NCBI GenBank assembly: GCA_976551045.1
Contig: CDPCPM010000344.1
Coordinates: forward strand, 10,726,001 to 10,790,000
From: Glaucostegus cemiculus
Taxonomy: Eukaryota
Reading direction: 5' to 3'
Length of the DNA: 64,000 nucleotides
Made by a program: the position numbers and the translations under genes. The notes beneath the pieces were generated by a model. It had not been told where the DNA came from, made no database searches, and worked only from the letters and a program-made list of their open reading frames with translations. Shown one piece after another: positions 54,075 to 64,000 of the stretch (the first letter of the stretch is position 1; each line of letters begins with the position of its first letter).

Positions 54075-54370
54075 ATGATAAGATACCTTTACTAGTCACA
54101 TGTACATCAAAACAAACAGTGAAATGCACCTTTTGCGTAGAGTGTTCTGGGGGCAGCCCGCAAGTGTCGCCACGCTTCCGGTGCCAACATAGCATGCCCC
54201 CAACTTCCTAACCCGTACGTCTTTGGAATGTGGGAGGAAACCAGAGCACCCGGAGGAAACCGACACAGACATGGGGAGAATGTGCAAGCTCTTTACAGTC
54301 AGCAGCTGGAATTGAACCCAGGTCACTGGCGCTGTAATAGCGTTATGCTAACTGCTTCACTACCGTGCCT
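54075..54370 (-). mobile_element. tRNA-derived V-SINE (HE1-like), full length
   Basis: Minus strand: ggcacggtagtgaagcagttagc...gggttcaattcc (Pol III boxes), V-domain gtttcctccgggtgctctggtttcctcccacattccaaagac, tail gatgtacatgtgac. Confidence 0.9.
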
Positions 54371-55269
54371 GCCCTGTCCAGAACCAAATAAGCAATCCCA
54401 TTTGCTTATAAACAGATTATTACTATCTGGCTTTAGATCCTGGATAGTCACACAAAAAGTGACCTCTTTTACTCAAAAGATTTACAGAAATGTAGTTCAA
54501 ATATAATTTTCCTCGATTAACCTTTACTCCAACAGGACACCAACAAAAGTCCTGGGAATCACTGCAACCAAGCGTCTGCCCTTTTACAAGGTAGATGCAT
54601 AAAACAGGAATTCTTCGTCTAGAGTTCACTCTAGCCTGGCACTGAACAGAGGCTGCATATCTCTAGAAAATGAGTTTAGACACACTGGCCTGCAAATAGA
54701 TGACAGTGGCCCCATTTGTCTGATCCAGCCCAAGGAGCTGTCTGCAGTCCCAAATACGGAACTGAAATATTGAAAATTATTGTTGGAGGTAACAGGCTGA
54801 CAACAAATTTTTTGACTTCTTGGGTGCAAGCAGATACCACAGGTATGTCAGTAGCGGTATTTGTACCCAATTGCCCCATACAAGTCTGCTACACTGGAAA
54901 TGACGCCCCCAAAAAACAACCGGGATTACACTGGTTTCTTAGGGAATTTTTAACCCTAGCTGTACTATGTATTAAGTCAGAGTAGGCAAGTACTGTTTTT
55001 TTTCCCTTTTTAAATCTGTGTATGGGTGGGGCCCATAACAGTGTCAGATTTTTTTATCAAGTTTGTGGTACAACACTGCCATATGCTGGTAGCAAACAGT
55101 ACTGCAGTGAAAACAAATGCCAAGAAAATGAAATTCTACTGCGCAAAACGTTCTTTCAAATGTTAAATTGTACCAACAGGAGACATTTAATTCCTAGTTC
55201 ATTAGAGTGGATAGATAATGCAGCCAACTTTTGCACCTTCCCAATAAATACACAATTAACAAAGCCAAA

Positions 55270-55640
55270 TGCAGCAAACCTCCAATAATCCGACATCTAA
55301 TTTTTCAGAAATCCAGATGGTCTGGCAACTGGCTCACTCATTGGTCCAGAACACAAGCAGGGTGTGTGTGTGGTCAGAGCCTGGAACACCAGGCATCATG
55401 AACGTGTGCCAGTTTGTGGCTGGAGACAGGGTCTAGAGTGCTTGTACATTTCCCTCTCCCTTTGAACTCACGGGATTCACTGAAAAATATATTAAACCAC
55501 TGTGTGTGACATGTTAAAAAAAAATGAATAAAAGCATGTTGATGTGTTATCAGGGAATAACATCCAATCATACGGAAAATCTGCTCATCCAGCACCAGCA
55601 AATTCCCAAGGCTGCCAGATTATCAGAATGTTATGGCATA
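55270..55640. mobile_element. Decayed Tigger/pogo-type MITE
   Basis: Imperfect terminal inverted repeats cagcaaacctccaataatccgaca / tgccagattatcagaatgttatgg. Confidence 0.45.
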
Positions 55641-55894
55641 TTCCATTTTTATTTCAGGCTTACAAATATATACAGTATCTATGCCAAATGGGGCAAAGTT
55701 TTGTTCCAGGTTCATGAGCTTTCAGCAGAAGTTGGAAGGTATTAGAAGGACAGGTTTTAATCTAGTGCAACATCATGAGAAAGGAGCAAGCAGCAAGGTG
55801 GACGGCAGAAATGGTAAAATACAAGAGAATATGTAAAAATGAGGCAATAATAAAACATGGGAGGAAAGAGTTAGATTGTGTGACGTTTGAAGGG

Positions 55895-55960
55895 CAGCAC
55901 AACTTGGTGGGCCAAAGGGCCTGTTTTGTGCTGTATTGTTCTGTGTTCTATGGTTCTATA
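55895..55960 (+). mobile_element. Extreme 3' end of CR1 LINE
   Basis: acttggtgggccaaagggcctgttttgtgctgtattgttct; near-identical copy at ~30218-30262. Confidence 0.7.
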
Positions 55961-56009
55961 GTGGTCAGGAGACCACTAAATATCATGGCCCTGTCTGTAA
56001 TCACTGGGT

Positions 56010-56330
56010 GACTGAAGCAAAAAACAGAAGTCAGGAAGAACTCAGTAGGTCAAGCAGCATCTGTGGAGGTTCAAGGTGCAAGCTGACACGTCAGATTGGG
56101 ACCCTACATCAGGACTGAGAGAGAAGAAGAAAGATAGCCAGTACGCTGCAGTACAGGGGCATGGGTGTTGGGATACATTTGGGGAGGTGACAGGTGAAAC
56201 CAGATGGGGAAAGAGGATAATGGGCAGGTGGGGGGTGGGGGGGGAAGGGGGTGGGAAGGTGAACAAAGTGAGAAGAAAACTGGGTGGACAGGTGAGTGTG
56301 TGTGAGAGGAGAACACCATGGATGTGAGTT
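56010..56330 (-). mobile_element. Penelope-like terminal fragment
   Basis: gaactcagtaggtcaagcagcatctgtggagg...gggaccctacatcaggact on the + strand. Confidence 0.6.
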
Positions 56331-56516
56331 ACCCAAGGTTGGAAAATTCAATTCATTTGGAAAATTCTGAAGCAATCTGGCTTGGATACACATGTTTTAC
56401 CATGTGTTATTGAAGGGCACCCTGCCCTAGATAATTTTAGAAGTTGAAGTACTCAATAATTTGAAAGATTTTGATGCAACTTTTATTATCTCTTTATTAA
56501 CTTTTTATTATCTATG

Positions 56517-56815
56517 GACGGCACAGTAGCATAATGGTTAGCACAATGCTTTACAGCGCCAGTGACCCGGGTTCAATTCCCACCGCTGTCTGTAAGGAGT
56601 TTGTACGTTCTCCCTATGTCTGTGTGGGTTTCCTCCGGGTGCTCAGGTTTCCTCCCACATTCCAAAGACGTACATGTTAGGAAGTTATGGGCATGCTACG
56701 TTAGCACTGGAAGCGTGGCGACACTTGCGGGCTGTCCCCCAAAAATCACTACACAAAAGATGTATTTCATTGTGTGTTTCGATGTACATGTGACTCATAA
56801 AGATCTTACCTTACC
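56517..56815 (+). mobile_element. tRNA-derived V-SINE (HE1-like), full length
   Basis: ggcacagtagcataatggttagc...cgggttcaattccc, V-domain, tail gatgtacatgtgactcataaagatcttacc; paralog of 54075-54370. Confidence 0.9.
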
Positions 56816-57522
56816 ATATTTCAATAGTAGCTGCATTTACAACCAGCCTTGCTTAGAATCTGTTTGTACCAACTGTCAGAATAGTCTAATCAACATTAGC
56901 AATATGCAACACAAGCATATTTTATACAGCACACCACAAATTACAACATACACACACATCTTCACAAAAGGAGACAAATATAACAGTAGCAACCACAACC
57001 CTGTTGTTTGCCACAGGAAAAGTTATCCCCAGATTCCTCTCATTTTCCTCCTCAGAGTCCAATGAGGAGCAGTGGATGTGATCTTCATTACATGACAACA
57101 CCAAGAAAAATGGAGGGAGAAGCACCAACCACTATTGTAATTTTGACTCCATCATACAGTTCACAACAGATATTCATTGCCATCTGAAATTTGCTCCAAA
57201 GTGCATGTAGCGATATTAAGCAATGATTACATAACCGCTCTTCGAAAAGTGCTGTCATACAAAGCTACATCACTGCCTCAACACATTCCTCAATCTTTCT
57301 CACCTCACCCCCAGCAAACTTCCAGCAGGCAAAGAGCTAATTTTCAGAACAAATGGGGAAAAAAATGTACTTTTAAAAATGGCAATGTTATCAGACGATG
57401 CAGAGTGGCAGTTGCAACTTAGTTTACTTATTTATTTCCCCACCCAAAAAAAATCCTCAAAGTTCAACCAAACCTTAATATAACCAAATGGACATTTTGA
57501 TTAACATTACCACGGCTCCCAA

Positions 57523-57664
57523 ATGTGAATTAAACCTTTCATCCTTTAACTCCTGGGAATTTTGAGAATACTTAATTTTGGGATTGTCCTCACAAGCCGA
57601 GGATTGGAGGCAGTACCAGGTTAACATGAGTTAAAGGATGAAGGGTGAAGGGTTTAATTCACAT
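57523..57664. repeat. Imperfect foldback / palindromic element
   Basis: atgtgaattaaacctttcatcctttaactc (57523-57552) pairs with gagttaaaggatgaagggtgaagggtttaattcacat (57628-57664); inner tcctc/gagga stem. Confidence 0.8.
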
Positions 57665-58099
57665 ACATTAGGCTGACACCACCTCCAACTGTCAGCCCCT
57701 AAGGATGATCACAGGCAATCCTTCAGTACATATAAAAAGGTAACACTAAGAATGGAACTGTACATGAATGTAATGGCTTGAACTATTCTTTATTATTGTA
57801 TATAGTTTTTTTATCATGAATAAAGTTTATTTTGTTAAAAAAAAATCCGTCAGTCCCCACTAGGCTAATGAAGGGCCATCCTAGGTGTTCCAACATAAAG
57901 TGGCTCCTCTAAGGAAGGGGTGGAAAGGGGTTGGAGGGATGGAGATGGGGTGGTAGAGTGGGGGGGAGGAGGGAAGATGAGGTGGAGGAGGGATAGAGGT
58001 AAGTGGGTGGAGAGGGTTGGTGAAGGGGCAGTGGAGGGAATAGGGTGGAAGGGGAAAAGGGGGAAAAGGGAGGAAGGGGTGAAGGGTGTAGGGAGCAGA

Positions 58100-58685
58100 G
58101 AAGGGTGAAGGAGCACAGAGGGGTGGGGGAGCAAAGGGTGGGGGATCTCAGGGTGGGGGGAGCACAGAGGGGTGGGGGAGCACAGAGGGGTGGGGGAGCA
58201 AAGGGTGGGGGATCACAAAGAGTTGGGGAGAGAACAGAGGGGTGGAGATCACAGAGGGGGGAGCACAGAGGGGTGGGGGAGCACAGGGTGGGGGGGAGCA
58301 CAGGGTGGGGGGGAGCACAGAGGGGTGGGAGAGCACAGGGTGGGGATAGGGTGGGGGAGCACAGGGTGGAGGATCTCAGGGCGGGGGGGAGCACAGAGGG
58401 GTGGGGATCAGGGTGGGGGAGCACAGAGGGGTGGGGGGATCACAGGGTGGGGGAGCACAGAGGGGTGGGGGAGCACAGGGTGGGGGGGAGCACAGGGTGG
58501 GGGGGAGCACAGAGGGGTGGGAGAGCACAGGGTGGGGATAGGGTGGGGGAGCACAGGGTGGGGGAGCACAGAGGGGTGGGGGGATCACAGGGTGGGGGAG
58601 CACAGAGGGGTGGGGGGATCACAGGGTGGGGGAGCACAGAGGGGTGGGGGGATCACAGGGTGGGGGAGCACAGAGGGTGGGGTGT
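58100..58685. repeat. G-rich minisatellite (unit ~15-19 bp, GGGGGAGCACAG(AG)GGGT)
   Basis: Dozens of degenerate tandem units visible directly. Confidence 0.93.
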
Positions 58686-59047
58686 TGGGGAAGGGAGGGG
58701 AGGGGTGTGGGACAATATCCCCTCAGCCCTACATTTACCTGGCGCCGGTTTGCCGCCTCCACGACCTTCGCTCCCGTTTCCATTCCCCATCGTCCTTCCC
58801 GTCCCTGGTCACCCGCCGCTTCCTTTGACCAGAGGCCCCGGCAGGGAGGGAGGAACGAAACCTCCCCCCGCCCCCCCTCAACTGCGGCGCCGTCTCCATG
58901 GAAACCAGCCGGAGCGCTTTGAGGGACGGACCAGCCGGCGGGTCCGCCCGGGAATTGGTTCCGGCGGGCGGATCACTCGGTGCGGCGACCTCGGCCTCTG
59001 GTGGGTGAGTGAGTGAGTGAGTGAGTGAGTGGAGGGGAGATGGAGGG

Positions 59048-59277
59048 NNNNNNNNNNNNNNNNNNNNNNNNNNNNNNNNNNNNNNNNNNNNNNNNNNNNN
59101 NNNNNNNNNNNNNNNNNNNNNNNNNNNNNNNNNNNNNNNNNNNNNNNNNNNNNNNNNNNNNNNNNNNNNNNNNNNNNNNNNNNNNNNNNNNNNNNNNNNN
59201 NNNNNNNNNNNNNNNNNNNNNNNNNNNNNNNNNNNNNNNNNNNNNNNNNNNNNNNNNNNNNNNNNNNNNNNNNNNNN
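59048..59277. other. Assembly gap (230 N)
   Basis: Run of N. Confidence 1.
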
Positions 59278-59820
59278 GGGGGGAGGGGAGGGGGGTGAGG
59301 AGGGGGGAGGGGAGGGGAGGGGGGTGAGGAGGGGGGAGGGGAGGGGAGGGGGGGGAGGGGGGAGGGGGGAGGGGAGTGGAGGGGGAGAGGGGGGGGGAGA
59401 GGGGGGGGGAGAGGGGAGGGGAGAGGGAGAGGGGAGGGGAGGGGGGAGAGGGGGGGGAGAGGGGAGGGGAGAGGGGAGGGGGAGGGGGGGGAGGGGAGTG
59501 GAGGGGGAGAGGGGAGGGGAGGGGGAGAGGGGAGGGGAGGGGGAGAGGGGAGTGGAGGGGGGAGAGGGGAGGGGAGGGGGAGAGGGGAGTGGAGGGGGGA
59601 GGGGGGGGAGAGGGGAGTGGAGGGGGGAGGGGGGGAGAGGGGAGAGGGGAGGGGGAGGGGGGGAGAGGGGAGTGGAGGGGGGAGGGGGGAGGGGGGGAGG
59701 GAGGGGAGGGGGGAAGGGGGGAGTGGAGGGGGTGGAGGGGGGAGAGTGGAGGGGGAGGGGAGGGAGGGGAGTGGAGGGGGGAGAGGGGAGGGGAGGGGGG
59801 AGATGGGAGGGGGGGAGGGG
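59278..59820. repeat. Polypurine (GGGGA)n-like low-complexity tract
   Basis: Almost exclusively G/A on the + strand for ~540 bp. Confidence 0.95.
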
Positions 59821-60784
59821 AGCAGCCAGCGGCTATTGGGGCGGGTTTACTGGGCGGCGACCACTGCGGCTCCAGCCGGTGTCTGAGTGTAGGAGCCGGG
59901 CGAGCCTGGCTGGGCGGGCGGGGGCAGCCGCAGCCCCCAGGCCCCATTCCCCTGCCCCAGCCGCATCCACCGCCCTCGGCCCTTAGCCAGAGGGAACATC
60001 AGCCAAGGGGATCCCCCCAGCCCGCGGGAGGCTGTGGAGACTCGGCTCTCAATTGCATGTGAAACCGAGCGAGGGATTTCTGAAGGTGATGGGTCAGAGA
60101 CGGAGGATCAGCCGTGATCTTATTGAATGGTGGGGGTAGGCTCTCGGGCCTCTCCCTGCTCTCGTGTTTCAGTTTTGGCTGTGAACAATAATGTGTTGCT
60201 TAAATATTGTCCTCTCTAAGGATTGTGTCATGTAAGTAACAGATCTCCTGGCTTTGACATTTTGTCAGTAAAGTTCCAGAGACTGTGGAGAGTCTGTGAT
60301 CAAACCACATTCACCCTGCTTGAACCCCTTATGTTTCCAGAGTGGAAGACTGTACATTCTGCACTGGAGTTCTTTAGAGGTTAAGAACTCAGTGCGTATA
60401 CTTTATACTGATGAGAGCATCACAGATAATAAAATTGACAAAGGCACTGAGGATAATGAGTGACCATATGAGTGTGTTAGTGGGTTAAGCCTGTGAACTT
60501 CCTGATTAATTACAGCAAGTCTGGGGTGCATACTTGAGCCCGGGCTGGGGAGGCGGGTGGGTGATGATAGGAAAAAGATCATCTAAAGGCATGTGATATG
60601 TACAAAGTCTGAGCAGTGAGTCCTTTTTGATGCATCAAAACATCAGCAGTGCACTGAAACTTATTTGCATTTCCTATAATTACAGAATTGGGGCAGTGAT
60701 TAACTTTTTCTCGGGCAATGGCTATGAGAACTCTAATATGTAAGGATCACACACAAAAGATGGGGGGAAAAATCTATACTTAGA

Positions 60785-60832
60785 TTGGTGATCACACCTG
60801 AAATTGAGTTGGTGATCACACCTGAAATTGAG
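60785..60832. repeat. Exact 24-bp tandem duplication
   Basis: ttggtgatcacacctgaaattgag x2. Confidence 0.95.
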
Positions 60833-60839
60833 GTTTCCT

Positions 60840-61930
60840 CAATCTTTTCTGGGAAGAACATTCAACGCTGGTTACTGACCACATTGGTGATACCAAAGAA
60901 ATTACAGAGTGAGATTATGGAAGAATTCCATCAAGCATTCGAGTATAGTAAATATGAAGGTCACGGCTGGAGGAATTGCCTATCAACAAAGATATAATAG
61001 ATCAAGCCAGTGGATGTACGATACTTCGGGACTGTAGAACACAACCTCTTAAAGCCAGTCTTCTATTCAAATCTGCTATTCTTGTGATGATAGCATCAAG
61101 AATGCAAAACAACTATGACATTCAGGCAGAACATTGCCTTGTCGTGATTATCTTGGGAAGATGTCACAGTGAACATGGGAAGTGAACATTATAACCTACA
61201 GGGAGTAGAAGATGATTTGCTTGTCGCATCAGTGGAGTAGCTGGAACTATATAAAAAGTAAGTGTATGAAGATACATTAAGTGGATGAACTGACTCAGAC
61301 ACATCTGAATTAGATACTGTGAATTGTCCTCCAACAAAAGATGCATAACATGGGAATACAGAGTGTTGATACCAAAGAAATTGCAAAGCAAGATTATGAA
61401 AGAACTGCCATCAAGCTTTCAAGTACAGTAAATATAAAAGTAGTGACTGGAGGGCACGCCTATCAACATAGAAGACATGGCTTGTAGATTATAGTACATC
61501 AGGATTGTAGTACACAACCTCCTAAAGCACTGCTCCACATGTGCAAGTGAACTACAAACCCATTCCAAAGTGTCCATATGGTTTATTGTTAAAGGATATG
61601 GCAGCTTTATAGCATTCATTGACAGCCATTTAAAGTGGTTAGAAAGCACTTAGTGTAATGCATCACCACACAACACACTATAGGAGAACCAAGAGCTATT
61701 TCTGCCACACTTGTTCTTCCAGAAGAAGTCATATAAGATAACAGTCCACAATATAAATCATTTCAGATAGAAGAGCGATGAAATAAAACACTTCTTCATT
61801 TTCTGTATCATCCAGCCTCAAACGGGGAAGCAGATAGATCAGTTTGTGATGTAAAGGAGGTGCTGAAGAACCAAGTTATAGAAAGTGGGTCAAACTTAAA
61901 CTTGCAACATTTCTTATTTTTCTGTATGAT
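60840..61930 (+). mobile_element. Decayed Gypsy/Ty3 pol (RNase H end and integrase) relic
   Basis: IQRWLL; LVIPKKLQSEIMEEFHQ; FIAFIDSHLKWLE; LPEEVI*DNSPQY; YHPASNGEADR, i.e. integrase zinc-finger and core motifs in order, with stops and frameshifts. Confidence 0.8.
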
Positions 61931-62184
61931 ATTAACTGAGGGCACTTGGCCCATCAAGTACATGCTGAATCAGAGAATAATCCAATTTCTCCATTAATTG
62001 TCTCTGTAACCGGGAGTAGTAAAGAAGACTCTGAAACTTATATTGTTCCTGAAGTGAAATTCCCAATAATATTCTGTAGATATTTTAAATCAGTTATTGT
62101 TTTTAAAAGAAAAAGATGAAGCAGTGTATAAAAACACTTGTACGTGATTATGTTAGTTGTGAATAGTAACTTTTTTCTTTAATT

Positions 62185-62460
62185 CTGTCCCTATCTGTGT
62201 GGAGCTTCCACACTCTCCCTGTGACAGCATGTGTTTCAAGGTGTTTCAGTTTCTTGATAGATTAATTTTCTATTGTAAATGCCCTTACTGTAGGTCAGGT
62301 GACAATGGAATCTAAAAAGGGGGAAGCTGATGGGCCTGTGAGAGTGAATAAGTCACAGGGCTGCAGGGGAGTACGAGCAGGGAAATTGTGAATAATAACG
62401 CTACTCTACGGCAAACCAGTGTAAACTAAATGAATTGAATGGTAGCTCCTGTGTTGCAAT
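62185..62460 (+). mobile_element. Old decayed V-SINE
   Basis: tctgtgtggagcttccacactctccctgtgacagcatgtgtttc V-domain remnant followed by tattgtaaatgccc. Confidence 0.5.
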
Positions 62461-62619
62461 AAGTTGTCAATTGTCTTTTAACGATGGTGATGGGAAAAGT
62501 TCAAACTCATTAGTGAATAATTACTGGGTTTATCTGTACACCCTTTGTATTTTGATCAATGTTGTAACATTTACAATTTTCCAGTCCTTAAGCATAAGCA
62601 CCTGAATCTTTATGTTTTT

Positions 62620-64000
62620 CACAAGATCACAAGATAATGGAGCAGAAGCAGGCCAGTCGGCCCATCGAGTCTGCTCCAAAGGGAAGGGAGGGTGGGGAAA
62701 AAAAGAGGATAAGGAAAAAAAAAACCTACTATTCTAAGTCCAAATCCCTGCCTTATCTCCATATCCCTTGATACCTCGGCCGATTAGATATCTATCTATT
62801 TCCTTCTTGAATATCCCCAATGATCTGGCTTCCACTGCTTTCTGTGGTAAGGAGTTCCACAGGTTCACCACCCTCTGGCTAAAGAAATTCCTCCTTATCT
62901 CTGTTTTGAACCTGCTTCCTCTAATTCTAAGGTTGTGTCCTCTAGTCCTGGATTCCCCCACCAAGGGAAACAGCTTGACCACATTCACTTGGTCCATTCC
63001 TTTCAACATCTTGTACGTTTCTATTAGGTCCCCTCTCATTCTTCTGTACTCCAACGAGTACAGTCCAAGTGACGACAGTCGCTCATCATATGTAAACTTT
63101 TTCATCCCAGGAATCATCCTAGTAAATCTCCTCTGAACCCTCTCCAACATCAGCACATCCTTCCTAAGGTATGGGGCCCAAAACTGCACACAGTACTCCA
63201 AGTGGGTCTCACCAGTGCCCCGTATAGCCTCATCAACACTTCCTTGCTTTTATGTACTATACCCCTCGAAATAAATGCCAACATAGCATTCGCTTTCCTT
63301 ACTGCCGATCCAACCTGGCGGTTAACCTTTAGGTTATCCTGTACGAGCACCCCTAAGTCCCTTTGTACTTCTGTGCTTCCAGTTTTATCTCCTTCTAGGT
63401 AATAGTCTGCCCTTCCATTTCTACTTCCGAAGTGTACAACTGCACATTTTTCCACGTTGAACCTCATCTGCCATTTCTTCGCCCATTCTCCTAGAATATC
63501 CAAGTCTCTCTGTAACTTTCCTGTCTCCTCAATACTCTCCACTCCCCCCCCCCCCCCCCAATCTTAGTGTCATCTGCAAACTTGGCCACAAACCCATTAA
63601 CTCCTTCGTCTAAATCATTAATATACAAGGTAAAAAGAAGGGGCCCCAACACCGACCCCTGTGGAACACCACTAGTAACCGGCAGCCAACCAGAACACGA
63701 TCCTTTTATTCCCACCCTCTGTTTCCTGCCATCCAGCCAACGCTCCACCCATTCTGTTATCCTGCCTGTTATTCCGTGATCTCTCATCTTACTAATTAGT
63801 CTTTTGTGCGGCACCTTGTCGAATGCCTTCTGAAAGTCTAAATACACTACATCTACGCCCTCTCCCTTGTCCACCCTGCCTGAGATTTCTTCAAAAAACT
63901 CCAATAAATTGGTCAGGCAGGATCTTCCCTTCACGAACCCATGTTGACTAGGACCTATCTTGCCTTGCACCTCCATGTATCCCATCACCTCATCCTTGAG
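62620..64000 (-). mobile_element. Young CR1 LINE (RT and C-terminal domain, 3' tail); continues beyond the window
   Basis: Three overlapping ORFs: [90 protein letters not shown]; two frameshifts and no in-frame stops. Confidence 0.96.

Larger units (their letters stand above)
58720..60110. promoter_or_regulatory. CpG-island promoter, probably bidirectional, of unidentified gene(s)
   Basis: CpG-rich at 58740-59004 and 59820-60075; X-box GTCTCCATGGAAAC at 58892-58905; + strand donor TGG|GTGAGT at 59004/59005; - strand donor CAG|GTAAAT at 58739/58738. Confidence 0.65.

Noticed and set aside
56517-56590. tRNA gene
   Set aside because: The Pol III boxes belong to a SINE head that continues into the V-domain; no complete cloverleaf.
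56562-57065. 167-aa ORF, and the similar ORF at 54096-54326
   Set aside because: Translation of V-SINE sequence plus flank; a common false ORF.
51600-57200. Short minus-strand ORFs as exons of a known protein gene
   Set aside because: None resembled a protein family I recognise; kept only as a low-confidence transcript hypothesis.
58100-58685. Repeat array considered as CRISPR-like
   Set aside because: Units are directly tandem with no unique spacers, there are no cas genes, and the context is vertebrate.
57865-60062. Long Gly/Pro/Glu-rich ORFs (up to 324 aa) on both strands
   Set aside because: They arise from G-rich tandem repeats lacking stop codons and from reading through the N gap; no domain signal.

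Overview
Vertebrate genomic DNA, most likely a cartilaginous fish (ray/sawfish-type; inferred from HE1-like V-SINEs and CR1, Rex1 and Penelope fragments). It contains one complete, intact protein-coding gene, Wnt4, on the + strand: five coding exons at 14508-14584, 17387-17622, 30891-31022, 34289-34431 and 38482-38949, totalling 1056 nt (351 aa), all with GT-AG introns. Wnt4 has a CpG-rich promoter region (~13.4-14.3 kb) and a probable long 3' UTR to ~42.2 kb. The rest is intron or intergenic DNA with many mostly decayed transposons: CR1, L2, RTE, Rex1, Penelope, a Gypsy integrase relic, a solo LTR with target-site duplication, a Harbinger relic, SINEs and MITEs. At ~58.7-60.1 kb a second CpG island looks like a bidirectional promoter with a consensus RFX X-box, flanked by G-rich repeats and a 230-N assembly gap; the genes it drives cannot be identified here. 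I found no convincing novel multi-gene system. The best leads are a duplicated in-frame splice donor after Wnt4 exon 2, a perfect 83-bp inverted duplication inside an old LINE, the X-box bidirectional promoter, and an LF-SINE-like element. Repeat-family calls and cross-species comparisons come from recalled motifs, not database searches; most repeat boundaries are approximate.
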